Positions 14,133 to 23,805 of a stretch of DNA of 32,000 nt are shown one piece after another (positions within the stretch are counted from its first letter, which is position 1; every line of letters starts with the position of its first letter). This DNA comes from Nostoc sp. CHAB 5824 (GTDB lineage Bacteria; Cyanobacteriota; Cyanobacteriia; Cyanobacteriales; Nostocaceae). The translations under genes and the position numbers were made by a program. The notes below the pieces were generated by a model that did no database searches, was not told the origin of the DNA, and was given only the letters and a program-made list of their open reading frames with translations. The DNA lies in the NCBI GenBank assembly GCA_020829665.1, contig JAIVFT010000026.1, positions 39,799 through 71,798 of the forward strand, written 5' to 3'.

Positions 14133-16151
14133 ATGGGTGTTGATCCAACTGCTACATCTGACGAGGTGGTACAAGTACCGTCCAATGGACACAAAGAAGT
14201 GAAAAATCATAAGCAAAAAAAACTGTTACCACCTAGTACTACCACCACAGGAGATTTACCTCGCTCCTGGAAAATTGAGGATAGCGAAGCCTTATACCGA
14301 ATTGAAGGTTGGGGACAACCTTATTTTTCTATTAGCGCTGCTGGTCACGTTACCGTAGCACCCAAGGGCGATCGCGGGGGATCTCTTGACTTGTTTGAAT
14401 TAGTCAACGCCATGAAACAGCGCAACTTGGGACTACCCATGTTGATTCGCTTTTCTGATATTTTGGAAGACCGGATTGAGCGATTGAACGCTTGTTTTGC
14501 CAAAGCGATCGCCCGCTATAATTACCCTGGTGTCTACCGTGGCGTGTTTCCTGTCAAATGCAATCAAGAGCGGCATTTGATTGAGGATTTAGTGAAATTT
14601 GGCAAACCCCATCAATTTGGTTTAGAAGCCGGTTCTAAGCCAGAATTAATGATTGCTCTGGCTGTCTTGGATACACCAGGAGCATTGTTAGTTTGCAACG
14701 GCTACAAAGACCGAGAATACATCGAAACGGCAATGTTAGCCCAAAGATTAGGGCAAACACCAATCATCGTCTTAGAACAGATTGAAGAGGTTGATTTGGT
14801 GATTAATGCCAATCGCCAGTTAGGTATTAAGCCGATATTAGGTGTTCGTGCTAAACTCAGTACCCAAGGTATGGGACGTTGGGGAACCTCTAGTGGCGAT
14901 CGCGCTAAATTTGGTTTGACTATGCCTGAGGTAATCGAGGCTGTTGACAAGTTACGGGAAGCTAACCTGCTCGATTCTTTGCAGTTGATGCATTTCCACA
15001 TCGGCTCACAAATCTCTGCCATTAATGTGATTAAAGATGCTATCCAAGAAGCCAGCCGCATTTATGTAGAATTGGCAATGCTGGGAGCAGATATGAAATA
15101 CCTTGATGTTGGTGGCGGCTTGGGCGTAGATTACGATGGCTCCCAAACCAACTTCTATGCATCGAAAAATTACAACATGCAGAACTATGCCAACGACATC
15201 GTGGCAGAGTTAAAAGATACCTGTGCAGAGCGGCAAATTACCGTACCAACACTGATTAGCGAAAGTGGACGAGCGATCGCTTCCCATCAGTCAGTGTTGA
15301 TTTTTGATGTTCTCAGTACTAGCGATGTACCCCTTGATTCACCAGAACCTCCACAAGAGGGAGAATCCCCAATTATTAATTATCTTTGGGAAACTTACCA
15401 ATCCATCAACCAAGAGAATTATCAAGAGTTCTACCACGACGCTGCACAATTCAAAGAAGAAGCTATTAGCCGCTTCAACTTAGGGATTTTACGCCTCAGA
15501 GAACGAGCCAAAGCCGAACGCCTCTACTGGGCTTGTTGTCAGAAAATTCTCAACATCACTAGACAGCAAGAATACGTACCCGATGAACTGGAAGACCTAG
15601 AGAAAATCATGGCTTCCATCTACTACGTGAATATGTCAGTGTTTCAATCAGCACCAGATTGCTGGGCGATCGATCAGCTATTCCCGATCATGCCAATCCA
15701 CCGCTTGGATGAAGAACCAATCCGGCGAGGAATTTTAGCAGACCTCACCTGCGACAGTGATGGTAAAATCGACCGCTTTATTGACCTGCGCGATGTCAAA
15801 TCGGTTTTAGAACTACACACCCACAAGCCCGGAGAACCCTATTATTTGGGAATGTTCTTAAATGGAGCTTACCAAGAAATCATGGGCAATTTGCACAACT
15901 TATTTGGCGACACCAACGCCGTTCACATCCAATTAACGCCTAAAGGCTACCAGATTGAACACGTTGTCAAAGGTGACACCATGAGCGAAGTGGTGAGCTA
16001 CGTCCAGTATGACTCCGAAGATATGGTAGAAAACATTCGCCAGCGTTGCGAGAAAGCATTAGAAGAAAAGCGCATCACCCTAGCGGAATCTCAGCGACTG
16101 CTGCAAACCTACGAGCAGAGTCTCAGAAGATATACGTATCTAAATAGTTAG
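14133..16151 (+). CDS. speA: Biosynthetic arginine decarboxylase
   Basis: 672 aa. Y.I..WG..YF.I...G.V, the PLP-site-like VFPVKCNQ, HFHIGSQI and DVGGGLGVDY match the SpeA pattern. Confidence 0.95.
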   Translation: MGVDPTATSDEVVQVPSNGHKEVKNHKQKKLLPPSTTTTGDLPRSWKIEDSEALYRIEGWGQPYFSISAAGHVTVAPKGDRGGSLDLFELVNAMKQRNLGLPMLIRFSDILEDRIERLNACFAKAIARYNYPGVYRGVFPVKCNQERHLIEDLVKFGKPHQFGLEAGSKPELMIALAVLDTPGALLVCNGYKDREYIETAMLAQRLGQTPIIVLEQIEEVDLVINANRQLGIKPILGVRAKLSTQGMGRWGTSSGDRAKFGLTMPEVIEAVDKLREANLLDSLQLMHFHIGSQISAINVIKDAIQEASRIYVELAMLGADMKYLDVGGGLGVDYDGSQTNFYASKNYNMQNYANDIVAELKDTCAERQITVPTLISESGRAIASHQSVLIFDVLSTSDVPLDSPEPPQEGESPIINYLWETYQSINQENYQEFYHDAAQFKEEAISRFNLGILRLRERAKAERLYWACCQKILNITRQQEYVPDELEDLEKIMASIYYVNMSVFQSAPDCWAIDQLFPIMPIHRLDEEPIRRGILADLTCDSDGKIDRFIDLRDVKSVLELHTHKPGEPYYLGMFLNGAYQEIMGNLHNLFGDTNAVHIQLTPKGYQIEHVVKGDTMSEVVSYVQYDSEDMVENIRQRCEKALEEKRITLAESQRLLQTYEQSLRRYTYLNS

Positions 16152-16270
16152 GATTGGGGATTGGGCATTGGGCATGGAGAAGAGGACTTGGGGACAAGGA
16201 GAATTGGGGACAAGGGGACTTGCAACAAGTCTTTCCCCTTGTCCCCTTGTCCCCCTTGTCCCCATTCCCT
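16151..16270. repeat. Composite STRR hairpin module between convergent speA and the nucleotidyltransferase gene
   Basis: The left arm gggcattgggcatggagaagaggacttggggacaaggagaattggggacaagg (16163-16215) is followed by the core gacttgcaacaagtc and a right arm of ccccttgtcccc repeats. Confidence 0.85.
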
Positions 16271-17438
16271 AATTTGCGTTTGTCCCCAACAATTCCTCTA
16301 TCGCTTGTAGCTCAAGAGGGGTATGTGATGGCGGGGTCTGACGGGCATCGGTAATCAGCCAGTCTAAAGCAGCCGCTTGAACATCTATTGCAGCGCCGGT
16401 TTTATCCACGCAATAACGTCCAAACACCAGCTTATCGACTAAACGGACTCCTGGCCCCAGACGCGACCATTCAAAAATCACGCTGTTTTCTACTGTTGCG
16501 CCACTACATATCCAACAATTAGGGCCAATCATCGCTGGGCCGACAATTTTAGCTCCGTCTTCTATTCTCGTCATACCGCCAATGTAAACTGGGCCTGTGA
16601 TATCCACTTTGTCCCAATTTACGGCGACATTTAAGCCCGTGTAGATACCAGGGGCGACTTCATGACCAGGAATTTGTACATTCTTAATTTCACCCAGCAA
16701 TACACCGCGAATCGCCCGCCAATAATCTGGTACTTTACCAATATCTACCCACTCAAAGTCCATAGGGATGGCGTAGAAAGGGGCTTTGATTTCCACTAAT
16801 TTAGGGAATAATTGGCCACCAATGTCATATTCGACACCAGAGGGTATATAATTAAAAACCTCTGGTTCAAAAATGTAAATACCTGTGTTGATATTGGTGC
16901 TAAGGGCTTCTTCTGTTGAAGGTTTTTCTTGGAAAGCTTTAACACGCCCCTCTTCGTCAGTGACCACCACACCGTAGCTAGAAACTTCTTCCTTGGGGAC
17001 AGATTTCGTAATAATAGTAGCGATCGAGCCTTTAGCTCTATGCCATTTAACCGCCGCAGTTAAATCCAAATCAATTAAAGCATCACCACACAACACCACA
17101 AAGGTATCATCAAAAAACGGTGAGAAGTCTTGGATGCGCCGCATCCCTCCAGCTGAACCTATTGCTTCACCTTCCAGTTTACCGTCGTCATCAATTTTCC
17201 CTTCAAAGGAATAGGCAATCTGCACCCCAAACCGCTGACCATCACGAAAATAGTTTTCTATTTCCTCAGCCAAATGACTAACGTTGACCATAATTTGGTC
17301 AAATCCATGTTGGCGTAACAGTTCCAGCAAGAACTCCATCACTGGCTTTTGCAGGATGGGAATCATTGGTTTAGGAATTGTATAGGTAATCGGACGCACG
17401 CGAGTACCCTTGCCAGCCGCGAGAATCATCGCTTTCAT
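16269..17438 (-). CDS. Sugar-phosphate nucleotidyltransferase (mannose-1-phosphate guanylyltransferase-like) with a C-terminal left-handed beta-helix
   Basis: 389 aa. N-terminal MILAAGKGTR.RP.T...PKPM.P, then hexapeptide-like repeats in the C-terminal half. Confidence 0.88.
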   Translation of the reverse strand: MKAMILAAGKGTRVRPITYTIPKPMIPILQKPVMEFLLELLRQHGFDQIMVNVSHLAEEIENYFRDGQRFGVQIAYSFEGKIDDDGKLEGEAIGSAGGMRRIQDFSPFFDDTFVVLCGDALIDLDLTAAVKWHRAKGSIATIITKSVPKEEVSSYGVVVTDEEGRVKAFQEKPSTEEALSTNINTGIYIFEPEVFNYIPSGVEYDIGGQLFPKLVEIKAPFYAIPMDFEWVDIGKVPDYWRAIRGVLLGEIKNVQIPGHEVAPGIYTGLNVAVNWDKVDITGPVYIGGMTRIEDGAKIVGPAMIGPNCWICSGATVENSVIFEWSRLGPGVRLVDKLVFGRYCVDKTGAAIDVQAAALDWLITDARQTPPSHTPLELQAIEELLGTNAN

Positions 17439-17669
17439 AAAAATTTATTCCTCAACCACAAGCCAGTTTACTTTCATCGAGTGATACTTAATCATCAGTT
17501 TTTATTTCTGCTCTAAGTCATCCCTTAAACAGGGATAACAGGAATATAGTGGTTATTACAACCATAGGTATACTTAGATGACAAGCGATCGCTTATCTTT
17601 TCAATTTACTCGGATTTTGGGACTGAATCAAAAATCTATAAATTATCTGTAAGGCTACTTTACGCTTTC

Positions 17670-18500
17670 TTAGTTCATCGACTCCTCAAAAGGTTTGCCG
17701 GTCTTAGCTGAATCTGTAAGTAGCCGAACTTTAATCTCATGGTAAAACTCCTCTTGACATAGCTCTACTTTCGATTGAGCCGAGAGTAACAGTAGCGCCC
17801 AGAAAACACTAACTAAATGACTGTGTTTAGACTCATGTCCAGATCCATTTTGGTTGAGAAGCTTTGTCTGAGTCCACAACTCTACAAGTTGTTCTAGATT
17901 CAACCAATTTTGTTCTAAATTTAGCTCCCTTGCCGACACCTTCAACACCTGCTCCAGTTCACCAGCTACTTCTGTTAGATTTTCCTGGTGAGCTAACTCC
18001 AGCGCCTCCCGCATACTTTGGACGCTAGGCAGACGTCTGGGACGGATAGGTTTGCTGACTTTTTCTACCAGTTTTAGCTGGTTTGCCATAATCTGCAATT
18101 GCTTGATTAACTCTTGCAGAGTCACCCGGCGCTTTGGTGGCGGCATTGCCGATGCACGACGACGCAATTGCCGTTCTAATGGTAGACGATGACCCTGATG
18201 TGATATTCCGTCTTCATCTTCAAATAGGGCATCATCTAGTACACCATCTTGGATATCTCCTACTGTTGACAATTGCATCAAGGTATTAGCTTTGAATAAT
18301 ACCAGCATTGATGCTGACAAAAATGCCTGTCCAGATTGAGACAAGTCCGCTTCATAACCTCTTCCTATTGCCTCCGGTGCCATCAGTTCTAAGTAACGGT
18401 CAATCACCTCAATCACTTGGACATCCCAAGGGTCAATTTCTCCCTGTTGGGCTTGGTAAATCAGGAGTGTGATTGTTTCTAATAGCTCGGAAGCTTCCAT
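17670..18500 (-). CDS. scpA: Segregation and condensation protein A
   Basis: 276 aa. L.......GEIDPWDV....V.D.YL and the central acidic linker are typical of cyanobacterial ScpA. Confidence 0.85.
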   Translation of the reverse strand: MEASELLETITLLIYQAQQGEIDPWDVQVIEVIDRYLELMAPEAIGRGYEADLSQSGQAFLSASMLVLFKANTLMQLSTVGDIQDGVLDDALFEDEDGISHQGHRLPLERQLRRRASAMPPPKRRVTLQELIKQLQIMANQLKLVEKVSKPIRPRRLPSVQSMREALELAHQENLTEVAGELEQVLKVSARELNLEQNWLNLEQLVELWTQTKLLNQNGSGHESKHSHLVSVFWALLLLSAQSKVELCQEEFYHEIKVRLLTDSAKTGKPFEESMN

Positions 18501-18594
18501 TAACGGGTTCTAAGTTAATTAATAACAGTAATTGCCTGTTGGCAGTATTCCCTGAAATTTGTAATCAATCACCATTGTGAATTGTGAGATCGGA

Positions 18595-18770
18595 TTGTGC
18601 AACTTTGGGCATGGGGCATGGGGCATTGGGCATCGAGCATGGGGAAGAGACAAGGAAGACAAGAAAGAGGAGGGAGACAAGGAAGAAACTTGTTCAATAA
18701 TTCTCCCTTGTCCCCCTCATCTCCCCCTGCCTCCCCTGCTTCCCCTGCCCCCCTGCTCTCTTAATCAGGG
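18595..18770. repeat. Composite G-rich/C-rich STRR module
   Basis: gggcatggggcatggggcattgggcat...gacaagg on the left, and ctcccttgtccccctcatctccccctgcctcccctgcttcccctgcccccc on the right. It lies between the AI-2E transporter stop and the scpA start. Confidence 0.8.
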
Positions 18771-19855
18771 GGTGGGTCATGAGCAATAGTGACAGTTGAT
18801 ACAAAGTCACTTGGCTTGCCGCTCTTGATCGCATCGAAAGTGCCTTTAATAGTACCAGCAATGGGAACAGCAACAAGCGTCCCCAATAACCCAGCAATCT
18901 CAAATCCCATCAAAATAGCTACAAAAATCCAGATAGGATTCAGTCCGATAAAGTTGCCGAGTAACCTGGGAGCTAACAAATTATCTTTAAGCTGCTGCAT
19001 GAGAATCGCTGCTATGGCAACTTGAACTGCTAACCACCAATTTTGCAACAGTACTAAAATCGTTACTAGACCAATCCCAAGAGATGCTCCGATAAAAGGA
19101 ATGAGTTCTGAAATACCGATTAATATGGCAAACAACAGGGCAAAGGGCACCTTCATGACTAAGAAAATTGGCGTCAGGGTTAGCACCATGAATAGTCCTA
19201 GCAACAGCTGGCTGAGGAAGAAGTTCTGAAAATTTAGGCGCAAGGATGTGGTGAGAGGATCTCCAATATTAGAGGGCAAAAGATTGACTAGACCATACCA
19301 GACGCGATCGCCATATAAAAGCATATAAAATGCAAGCACAATGACTAACACTACGTCAAGTAATCCTGACAGCAGTGTTCCAGCAAATCCCACTGCACCA
19401 GAAGCTAACTGTTGTACCAGATTCTGAATGTTGGCATTGATTTGACTGCTCACAACTCTTAGATCAATTGGCAAACGTCGTTGTTTTGCCAGCATCTCAA
19501 ACTGCTCTAAGTTTTTTTGACTAGCGCCTAACCAATCAGGGATATTATTTAACAGTTGGATTGTTTGGTCAATGATTAACGGCACTAGGGTGACGCCCAG
19601 AATCCCAAACAGGGTTAACGTTGCAAGTAAAACTATGATCACCGCCTGAGTGCGCGTAATTTGAGCACGTTCAAAGAACTTAACTGGATAATTTAGTAGA
19701 AAAGCCAAAATTGCCGCAATGCTCAAGACGGTAATAGGATGTTGGAAATAGCGAAAAAGCAAGGACAGCAGCCAGATATTGAGAGCGATAATCGGGCCGC
19801 TTAGACCATAAATTAACAGGCGTTGAAAGGATGCCGAACGGCGCATCTTATGCAA
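18761..19855 (-). CDS. AI-2E family transporter (PerM/UPF0118)
   Basis: 364 aa, about 8 hydrophobic segments. The ISELIPFIGASLG and VAVPIAG motifs are typical of the family. Confidence 0.88.
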   Translation of the reverse strand: MHKMRRSASFQRLLIYGLSGPIIALNIWLLSLLFRYFQHPITVLSIAAILAFLLNYPVKFFERAQITRTQAVIIVLLATLTLFGILGVTLVPLIIDQTIQLLNNIPDWLGASQKNLEQFEMLAKQRRLPIDLRVVSSQINANIQNLVQQLASGAVGFAGTLLSGLLDVVLVIVLAFYMLLYGDRVWYGLVNLLPSNIGDPLTTSLRLNFQNFFLSQLLLGLFMVLTLTPIFLVMKVPFALLFAILIGISELIPFIGASLGIGLVTILVLLQNWWLAVQVAIAAILMQQLKDNLLAPRLLGNFIGLNPIWIFVAILMGFEIAGLLGTLVAVPIAGTIKGTFDAIKSGKPSDFVSTVTIAHDPPPD

Positions 19856-19974
19856 CCTATTTTAGATATTCCTTGAGAGAATTTGTAAAATTCTTGATGG
19901 TGCTGATCATCATCATAGATATTTTTAACAAAGACATGTATAAGCGTATCTGAATAGTAAGGAAGTAAATCAAA

Positions 19975-20619
19975 ATGGACAAAACCGTAGCCGACCTTCG
20001 CAAAGACTACACCTTGGAAGGTTTGAGCGAACTTGAAGTTGACCTCAATCCGTTTATCCAATTTAAGAAATGGTTTGATCAGGCACTAGCGGCGCAACTC
20101 CCAGAACCCAATGCTATGACCATTGCCACTGCCACACCAGACGGTAAGCCCTCAGCCAGAATGGTGTTACTCAAGGATTTTGATGAACGGGGCTTTGCCT
20201 TCTTTACCAACTACAACAGTCACAAAGGACAAGAACTAGCAGAAAATCCTCAGGGGGCTTTAGTCTTCTGGTGGGCAGAACTGGAACGTCAAGTGCGGAT
20301 TTTGGGGTATGTGGAGAAAGTTTCCGAAACTGAGTCCGACCAATATTTTCACAGTCGCCCTACCAACAGTCGCCTGGGTGCATGGATCTCTAATCAAAGC
20401 GAGGTGATAGAAAGCCGAGAAGTTCTTGAACGACGTTTGCAGGAGTTTAAGAGCAAATATGAAAATGGGGAGATTCCCCGACCACCTCATTGGGGAGGCT
20501 TACGAGTAATCCCCACAGAAATTGAGTTTTGGCAAGGTCGTCCTAGCCGTCTGCACGATCGCTTACTCTATAGCCGTTTAGATAATGGCACTTGGAAAAT
20601 TGAGCGGTTGTCACCGTGA
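19975..20619 (+). CDS. pdxH: Pyridoxamine 5'-phosphate oxidase
   Basis: 214 aa. RMVLLK.FDE.GF.FFTNY.S.KG.EL..NP.....FWW..L.RQVR, WGG.R..P..IEFWQGR.SRLHDR. Confidence 0.95.
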   Translation: MDKTVADLRKDYTLEGLSELEVDLNPFIQFKKWFDQALAAQLPEPNAMTIATATPDGKPSARMVLLKDFDERGFAFFTNYNSHKGQELAENPQGALVFWWAELERQVRILGYVEKVSETESDQYFHSRPTNSRLGAWISNQSEVIESREVLERRLQEFKSKYENGEIPRPPHWGGLRVIPTEIEFWQGRPSRLHDRLLYSRLDNGTWKIERLSP

Positions 20620-20624
20620 AGAAG

Positions 20625-20790
20625 AGTAGGGGGCAGGGGGCAGGGGGCAGCGAGCAGGGAGCAGGGGGAGCAGGGGGAGATGAGGGGGACTTGGGGACAA
20701 GGTGACTTGTGAGAACTTGCAACAAGTCACCTTGTCCCCAATTCTCCTTGTCCCCAAGTCCTCTTCTCCATGCCCAATGCCCCGCATCAC
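20625..20790. repeat. Composite STRR hairpin module between convergent pdxH and azoR
   Basis: GGGGGCA-type repeats at about 20628-20690, then the core gacttgtgagaacttgcaacaagtc. The right arm 20730-20782 is the exact reverse complement of 16163-16215. Confidence 0.85.
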
Positions 20791-20791
20791 A

Positions 20792-21412
20792 TTACCACTG
20801 GGTGATTAAATTTTTAATTGCTGCCCGTGCTTCTGATAGAGATTGGGTACGGGCATCTCCCTCGTTCAGGCTATTAGCGTTAATAAATTGAATGTCTGTA
20901 ATTCCAATAAAACCGAAAATCGCCCGTAGGTATGGTTCTTGGAAGTCGTAGGCAGCGAAAGGAGATGTCGCGCTAAAGTCGCTGCCGCGAGCTGTAATGA
21001 TAACCGCCTTTTTACCCTCGACTAATCCTCTTAAGCCTTGAGCATCTATAGCAAAAGTCCGGTTAGCGCGAACGATTTGGTCGATGTAAGCCTTAAAAGT
21101 GGAAGGTATATTGAAGTTGTACATTGGCACTCCAAAGACGTAGCGATCGGCTGCCAAAAACTCATCAATCAGTTCGTCAGAAATCCTAAGTGCCTCAGTT
21201 AATTCTGGGGTATGGGTTTCTGGTGGTGAAAATGCAGCTGCAATCCAAGCTTCATTAACGTGAGGAACTGGGTAACGCCCTATATCTCGATAGGCGATCG
21301 CATCTTCAGGATGTGCTGCCCTCCAACTACTGACGAATTCCTTAGATAGTTCTCTTGAGTGCGATCGTTCACCACGAGGGCTGGAATCAATATGTAGGAT
21401 GTTGACCACCAA
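20792..21412 (-). CDS. azoR: FMN-dependent NADH-azoreductase
   Basis: 206 aa. ILHIDSSPRGE.S.SR.L...F, D..VFGVPMYNF.IPS..KAYID. The start is TTG at 21412 or GTG at 21409, with ggag just upstream. Confidence 0.88.
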   Translation of the reverse strand: MVVNILHIDSSPRGERSHSRELSKEFVSSWRAAHPEDAIAYRDIGRYPVPHVNEAWIAAAFSPPETHTPELTEALRISDELIDEFLAADRYVFGVPMYNFNIPSTFKAYIDQIVRANRTFAIDAQGLRGLVEGKKAVIITARGSDFSATSPFAAYDFQEPYLRAIFGFIGITDIQFINANSLNEGDARTQSLSEARAAIKNLITQW

Positions 21413-21490
21413 ATATCTCCTGATTGGCTAGGATTTACTGCTTTTACTTTTTTTGAGTTTTTATTTCAAAGCATTACATTAGATACTAAA

Positions 21491-21531
21491 AGTAACTAGT
21501 TACTAAAGTAAAGTAGTTACCATAAAGTAAC
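21491..21531. promoter_or_regulatory. Candidate HxlR operator(s) in the azoR/hxlR divergent intergenic region
   Basis: There is a perfect 14-bp palindrome agtaactagttact (21491-21504) and a second inverted repeat gttac-N6-gtaac (21516-21531). Confidence 0.4.
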
Positions 21532-21558
21532 TGTCGGACAATTTTAGCTAACTTATCG

Positions 21559-21918
21559 ATGTCGGTCTCTAAAAATCCTGATGCTTGCCCTGTCAGTATT
21601 CTCATGTCCTTACTATCAGGGCCTTGGACAATGTATATACTATGGGTGTTGTGTAATAGTGGACCTACTCGCTTTGGTGCATTGAAGCACCTAGTCGAGG
21701 GCATCTCCACCAAAGTTTTGACAGAAAGACTGAGGATGCTTGAGGCAGCAGAAATTATTTATCGCCAGTATGAACCAACTGTCCCACCCCAAGTAACTTA
21801 CGGTCTTACAAAACGTGGTCAGGAACTCATTGATGTGCTTCATCAACTCAGCGCACTTGCTGAACGTTGGTATGGCAGCGAACAACGGGAACATAGTAAC
21901 ACTAATGTTTCACTCTAA
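21559..21918 (+). CDS. HxlR family transcriptional regulator
   Basis: 119 aa. CP......L.G.W...IL..L..GP.RF..L......IS.KVLT.RL..LE...I and V.Y.LT..G..L match the HxlR winged-helix pattern. Confidence 0.9.
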   Translation: MSVSKNPDACPVSILMSLLSGPWTMYILWVLCNSGPTRFGALKHLVEGISTKVLTERLRMLEAAEIIYRQYEPTVPPQVTYGLTKRGQELIDVLHQLSALAERWYGSEQREHSNTNVSL

Positions 21919-21988
21919 ATTTTACAAGTCTCATCTCAAAGCTAAGTGTTTTTAGGGTTGTTGTTCAAAAATATCGTGACTGTGGGCT

Positions 21989-22522
21989 TCAAGACAGTTC
22001 CATCCACACCGAAAGTTCTTCCATGTCAAACAGAGGAAGTTTTTGAATAGCAGCTTTTTCGAGGCTGTTGTCTTGTGTACTTCCGCGCCATATTACGCAA
22101 ATTACGAAGTCCACGATCGCTCCTGCATTACGCAGCGCTTCCGTACTTTTTACAACCTGCCCACCTGTTGTAATAACGTCTTCAATGATACACAAATTTT
22201 TCCCTTGGATATTAATCCCTTCTGCTATCTTCTCAGTCCCATATTCTTTTTTTGTCTTCCGAACAAAGACAACTGGTAATCCAACTTCTAATGAAATTGC
22301 TGTTGCTAAAGGAACTCCCCCTAATTCCAGCCCTGCTAAAATTTCCGTGCTTGGTGGAATCTTTTTTACCATTTCTTTAGCTAACCGCTTCAGTAACAAA
22401 GGATTAGATTCAAACTGGTATTTATCAAAGTAATGGGAAGATACCTGACCAGAACGTAACCGAAACTCGCCTTTCAAGTAAGAAACACGAACAATTTCTT
22501 TGGCTAATTCACTTTGACTCAT
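21989..22522 (-). CDS. pyrE: Orotate phosphoribosyltransferase
   Basis: F.L.SG..S..YFDKY and the PRPP motif CIIEDVITTGG. I place the start at MSQSELAKE (22522) rather than at the 200-aa track start. Confidence 0.88.
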   Translation of the reverse strand: MSQSELAKEIVRVSYLKGEFRLRSGQVSSHYFDKYQFESNPLLLKRLAKEMVKKIPPSTEILAGLELGGVPLATAISLEVGLPVVFVRKTKKEYGTEKIAEGINIQGKNLCIIEDVITTGGQVVKSTEALRNAGAIVDFVICVIWRGSTQDNSLEKAAIQKLPLFDMEELSVWMELS

Positions 22523-22603
22523 TTTTACAAAAAGCTGGGGGAAGCGTAAAAAAGCCGATGCATTCTCCATCGGCTTAACTGACAATATCAACAGATGAAT
22601 ACT

Positions 22604-23383
22604 CTACTGTTCTTGAGCAGTAGCTGCTTTGGGAGAAAACTGAATTCTGGGATCTGGCATAAAATTGTATCTCAAGTACAATCCTCCCCAGACAAACAGG
22701 ATAATTAACAACGCACCAATACCAAGGGGACTGGGAAGCCAGAAAACAGCTTCTATGTGGTTTAACTCACCAGGTTGAAGTTTCCAGACTAATCGATTGC
22801 CATTTTTTTCTGGCTCTATGGCAGTTTCAGTTAGTTGAATATTTTTGGCTCCCCAAGGAGTCTTCAAGCTAAATTCCAAGTCGAGAATTGAACCAGCATT
22901 AGCCAAGACGTTACCTTTGCTGGCAATTAAGGATAGCGATCGCAAATCTAGATCATAAATTAACCGATTTCGGACTAAAAGTAAAAAATTGTTCTGCTCC
23001 AAGAGTACATTTGATTCTATTTTCGGCAGTTCTGAGTCAGATTGGCTCCCCACTGACTCAGAGGCTTGATTCGCATGGGAGTTAAAAAATTCGTTGAACT
23101 TCTCTTGCAATTCCCTACCACTACTAAAAGGAATTGTGACTATGATTTCTTCTTGGGAAACTCGCTGCGTTTTCCCTTCTAGCTTACTAGCGCGGCGCTC
23201 TATGCTATTTAACCATTCGTAAACATAATCGCCACTAAAACTAGTTAGCCGCTCTCCCAACTTAATATGCTGTACTAGTTCGCCACTATTTGAGTTGTCA
23301 AAGTTAAGCCCTACATCGTACTTAACACAGCCAGTCAGTAGCAGGGATGTTAACAGCACTAGCCACAGAATAGGATTTCGCAT
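22604..23383 (-). CDS. DUF3153-like lipoprotein or membrane protein
   Basis: MRNPILWLVLLTSLLLTGC carries a lipobox, followed by VKYDVGLNF....GELVQHIKLGE and a C-terminal transmembrane segment. I chose the start at 23383 rather than 23509. Confidence 0.65.
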   Translation of the reverse strand: MRNPILWLVLLTSLLLTGCVKYDVGLNFDNSNSGELVQHIKLGERLTSFSGDYVYEWLNSIERRASKLEGKTQRVSQEEIIVTIPFSSGRELQEKFNEFFNSHANQASESVGSQSDSELPKIESNVLLEQNNFLLLVRNRLIYDLDLRSLSLIASKGNVLANAGSILDLEFSLKTPWGAKNIQLTETAIEPEKNGNRLVWKLQPGELNHIEAVFWLPSPLGIGALLIILFVWGGLYLRYNFMPDPRIQFSPKAATAQEQ

Positions 23384-23567
23384 GGGAAAGACGCGGTTCA
23401 TTCGATTTCGACCATTCAGTGGTGAGAGAAATTTCATAGTCAATACAAAACTAAATGGTCTGATTAACCAAAAGAAAATCTTTCCGAAAATTGAAGAATT
23501 TAAAACCATAAATCTCCCAAAAAGTCAAACTTTTTAACTAATCTTGACTTCTACTACTGGGCGGCGC

Positions 23568-23739
23568 AATACAGTTTGGTTAACTTGCTTTATCTCTCGA
23601 AGATCCCCCCAACCCCCCGATAAATTGGGGGGCTATTTTTCTTCCTCTATCCTCTTAAAAAGGGCAGGGCTGTTTTTATTCCTCTACCCCCTTAAAAAGG
23701 GGGTCGCTGCAGGCAGGGGGATCTTATCCGAACTATATT
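23568..23739. mobile_element. MITE-like palindromic element, copy 3 (inverted relative to copy 1, with an internal duplication)
   Basis: Terminal inverted repeats aatacagtttgg / ccgaactatatt. The core 23602-23723 is bounded by gatcccccc/gggggatc and carries ccccccgataaattgggggg and ccccttaaaaaggggg. Confidence 0.6.
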
Positions 23740-23805
23740 GCTGAGTAAGGGACGTTTTTCAAAGGCAGGAAAGAACCCCAGCACGGAAATATCCTCTTGT
23801 TAGGA

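Noticed and set aside
16154-16354. Track ORF 16154-16354
   Set aside because: It is an STRR module translation and overlaps the 3' end of the nucleotidyltransferase gene on the other strand.
18577-18903. Track ORFs 18577-18789 and 18694-18903
   Set aside because: They are repeat-derived low-complexity frames overlapping the AI-2E transporter 3' end.
20543-20891. Track ORFs 20543-20725 and 20709-20891
   Set aside because: They are repeat-derived (PAPPAPCS...) and overlap the ends of pdxH and azoR.
22523-22591. N-terminal extension of pyrE (track start at 22591), and similarly of the DUF3153-like gene (23384-23509)
   Set aside because: The conserved protein cores begin at the internal Met residues (MSQSELAKE and MRNPILWLV with a lipobox), and the extensions have no counterpart in the family patterns I know.
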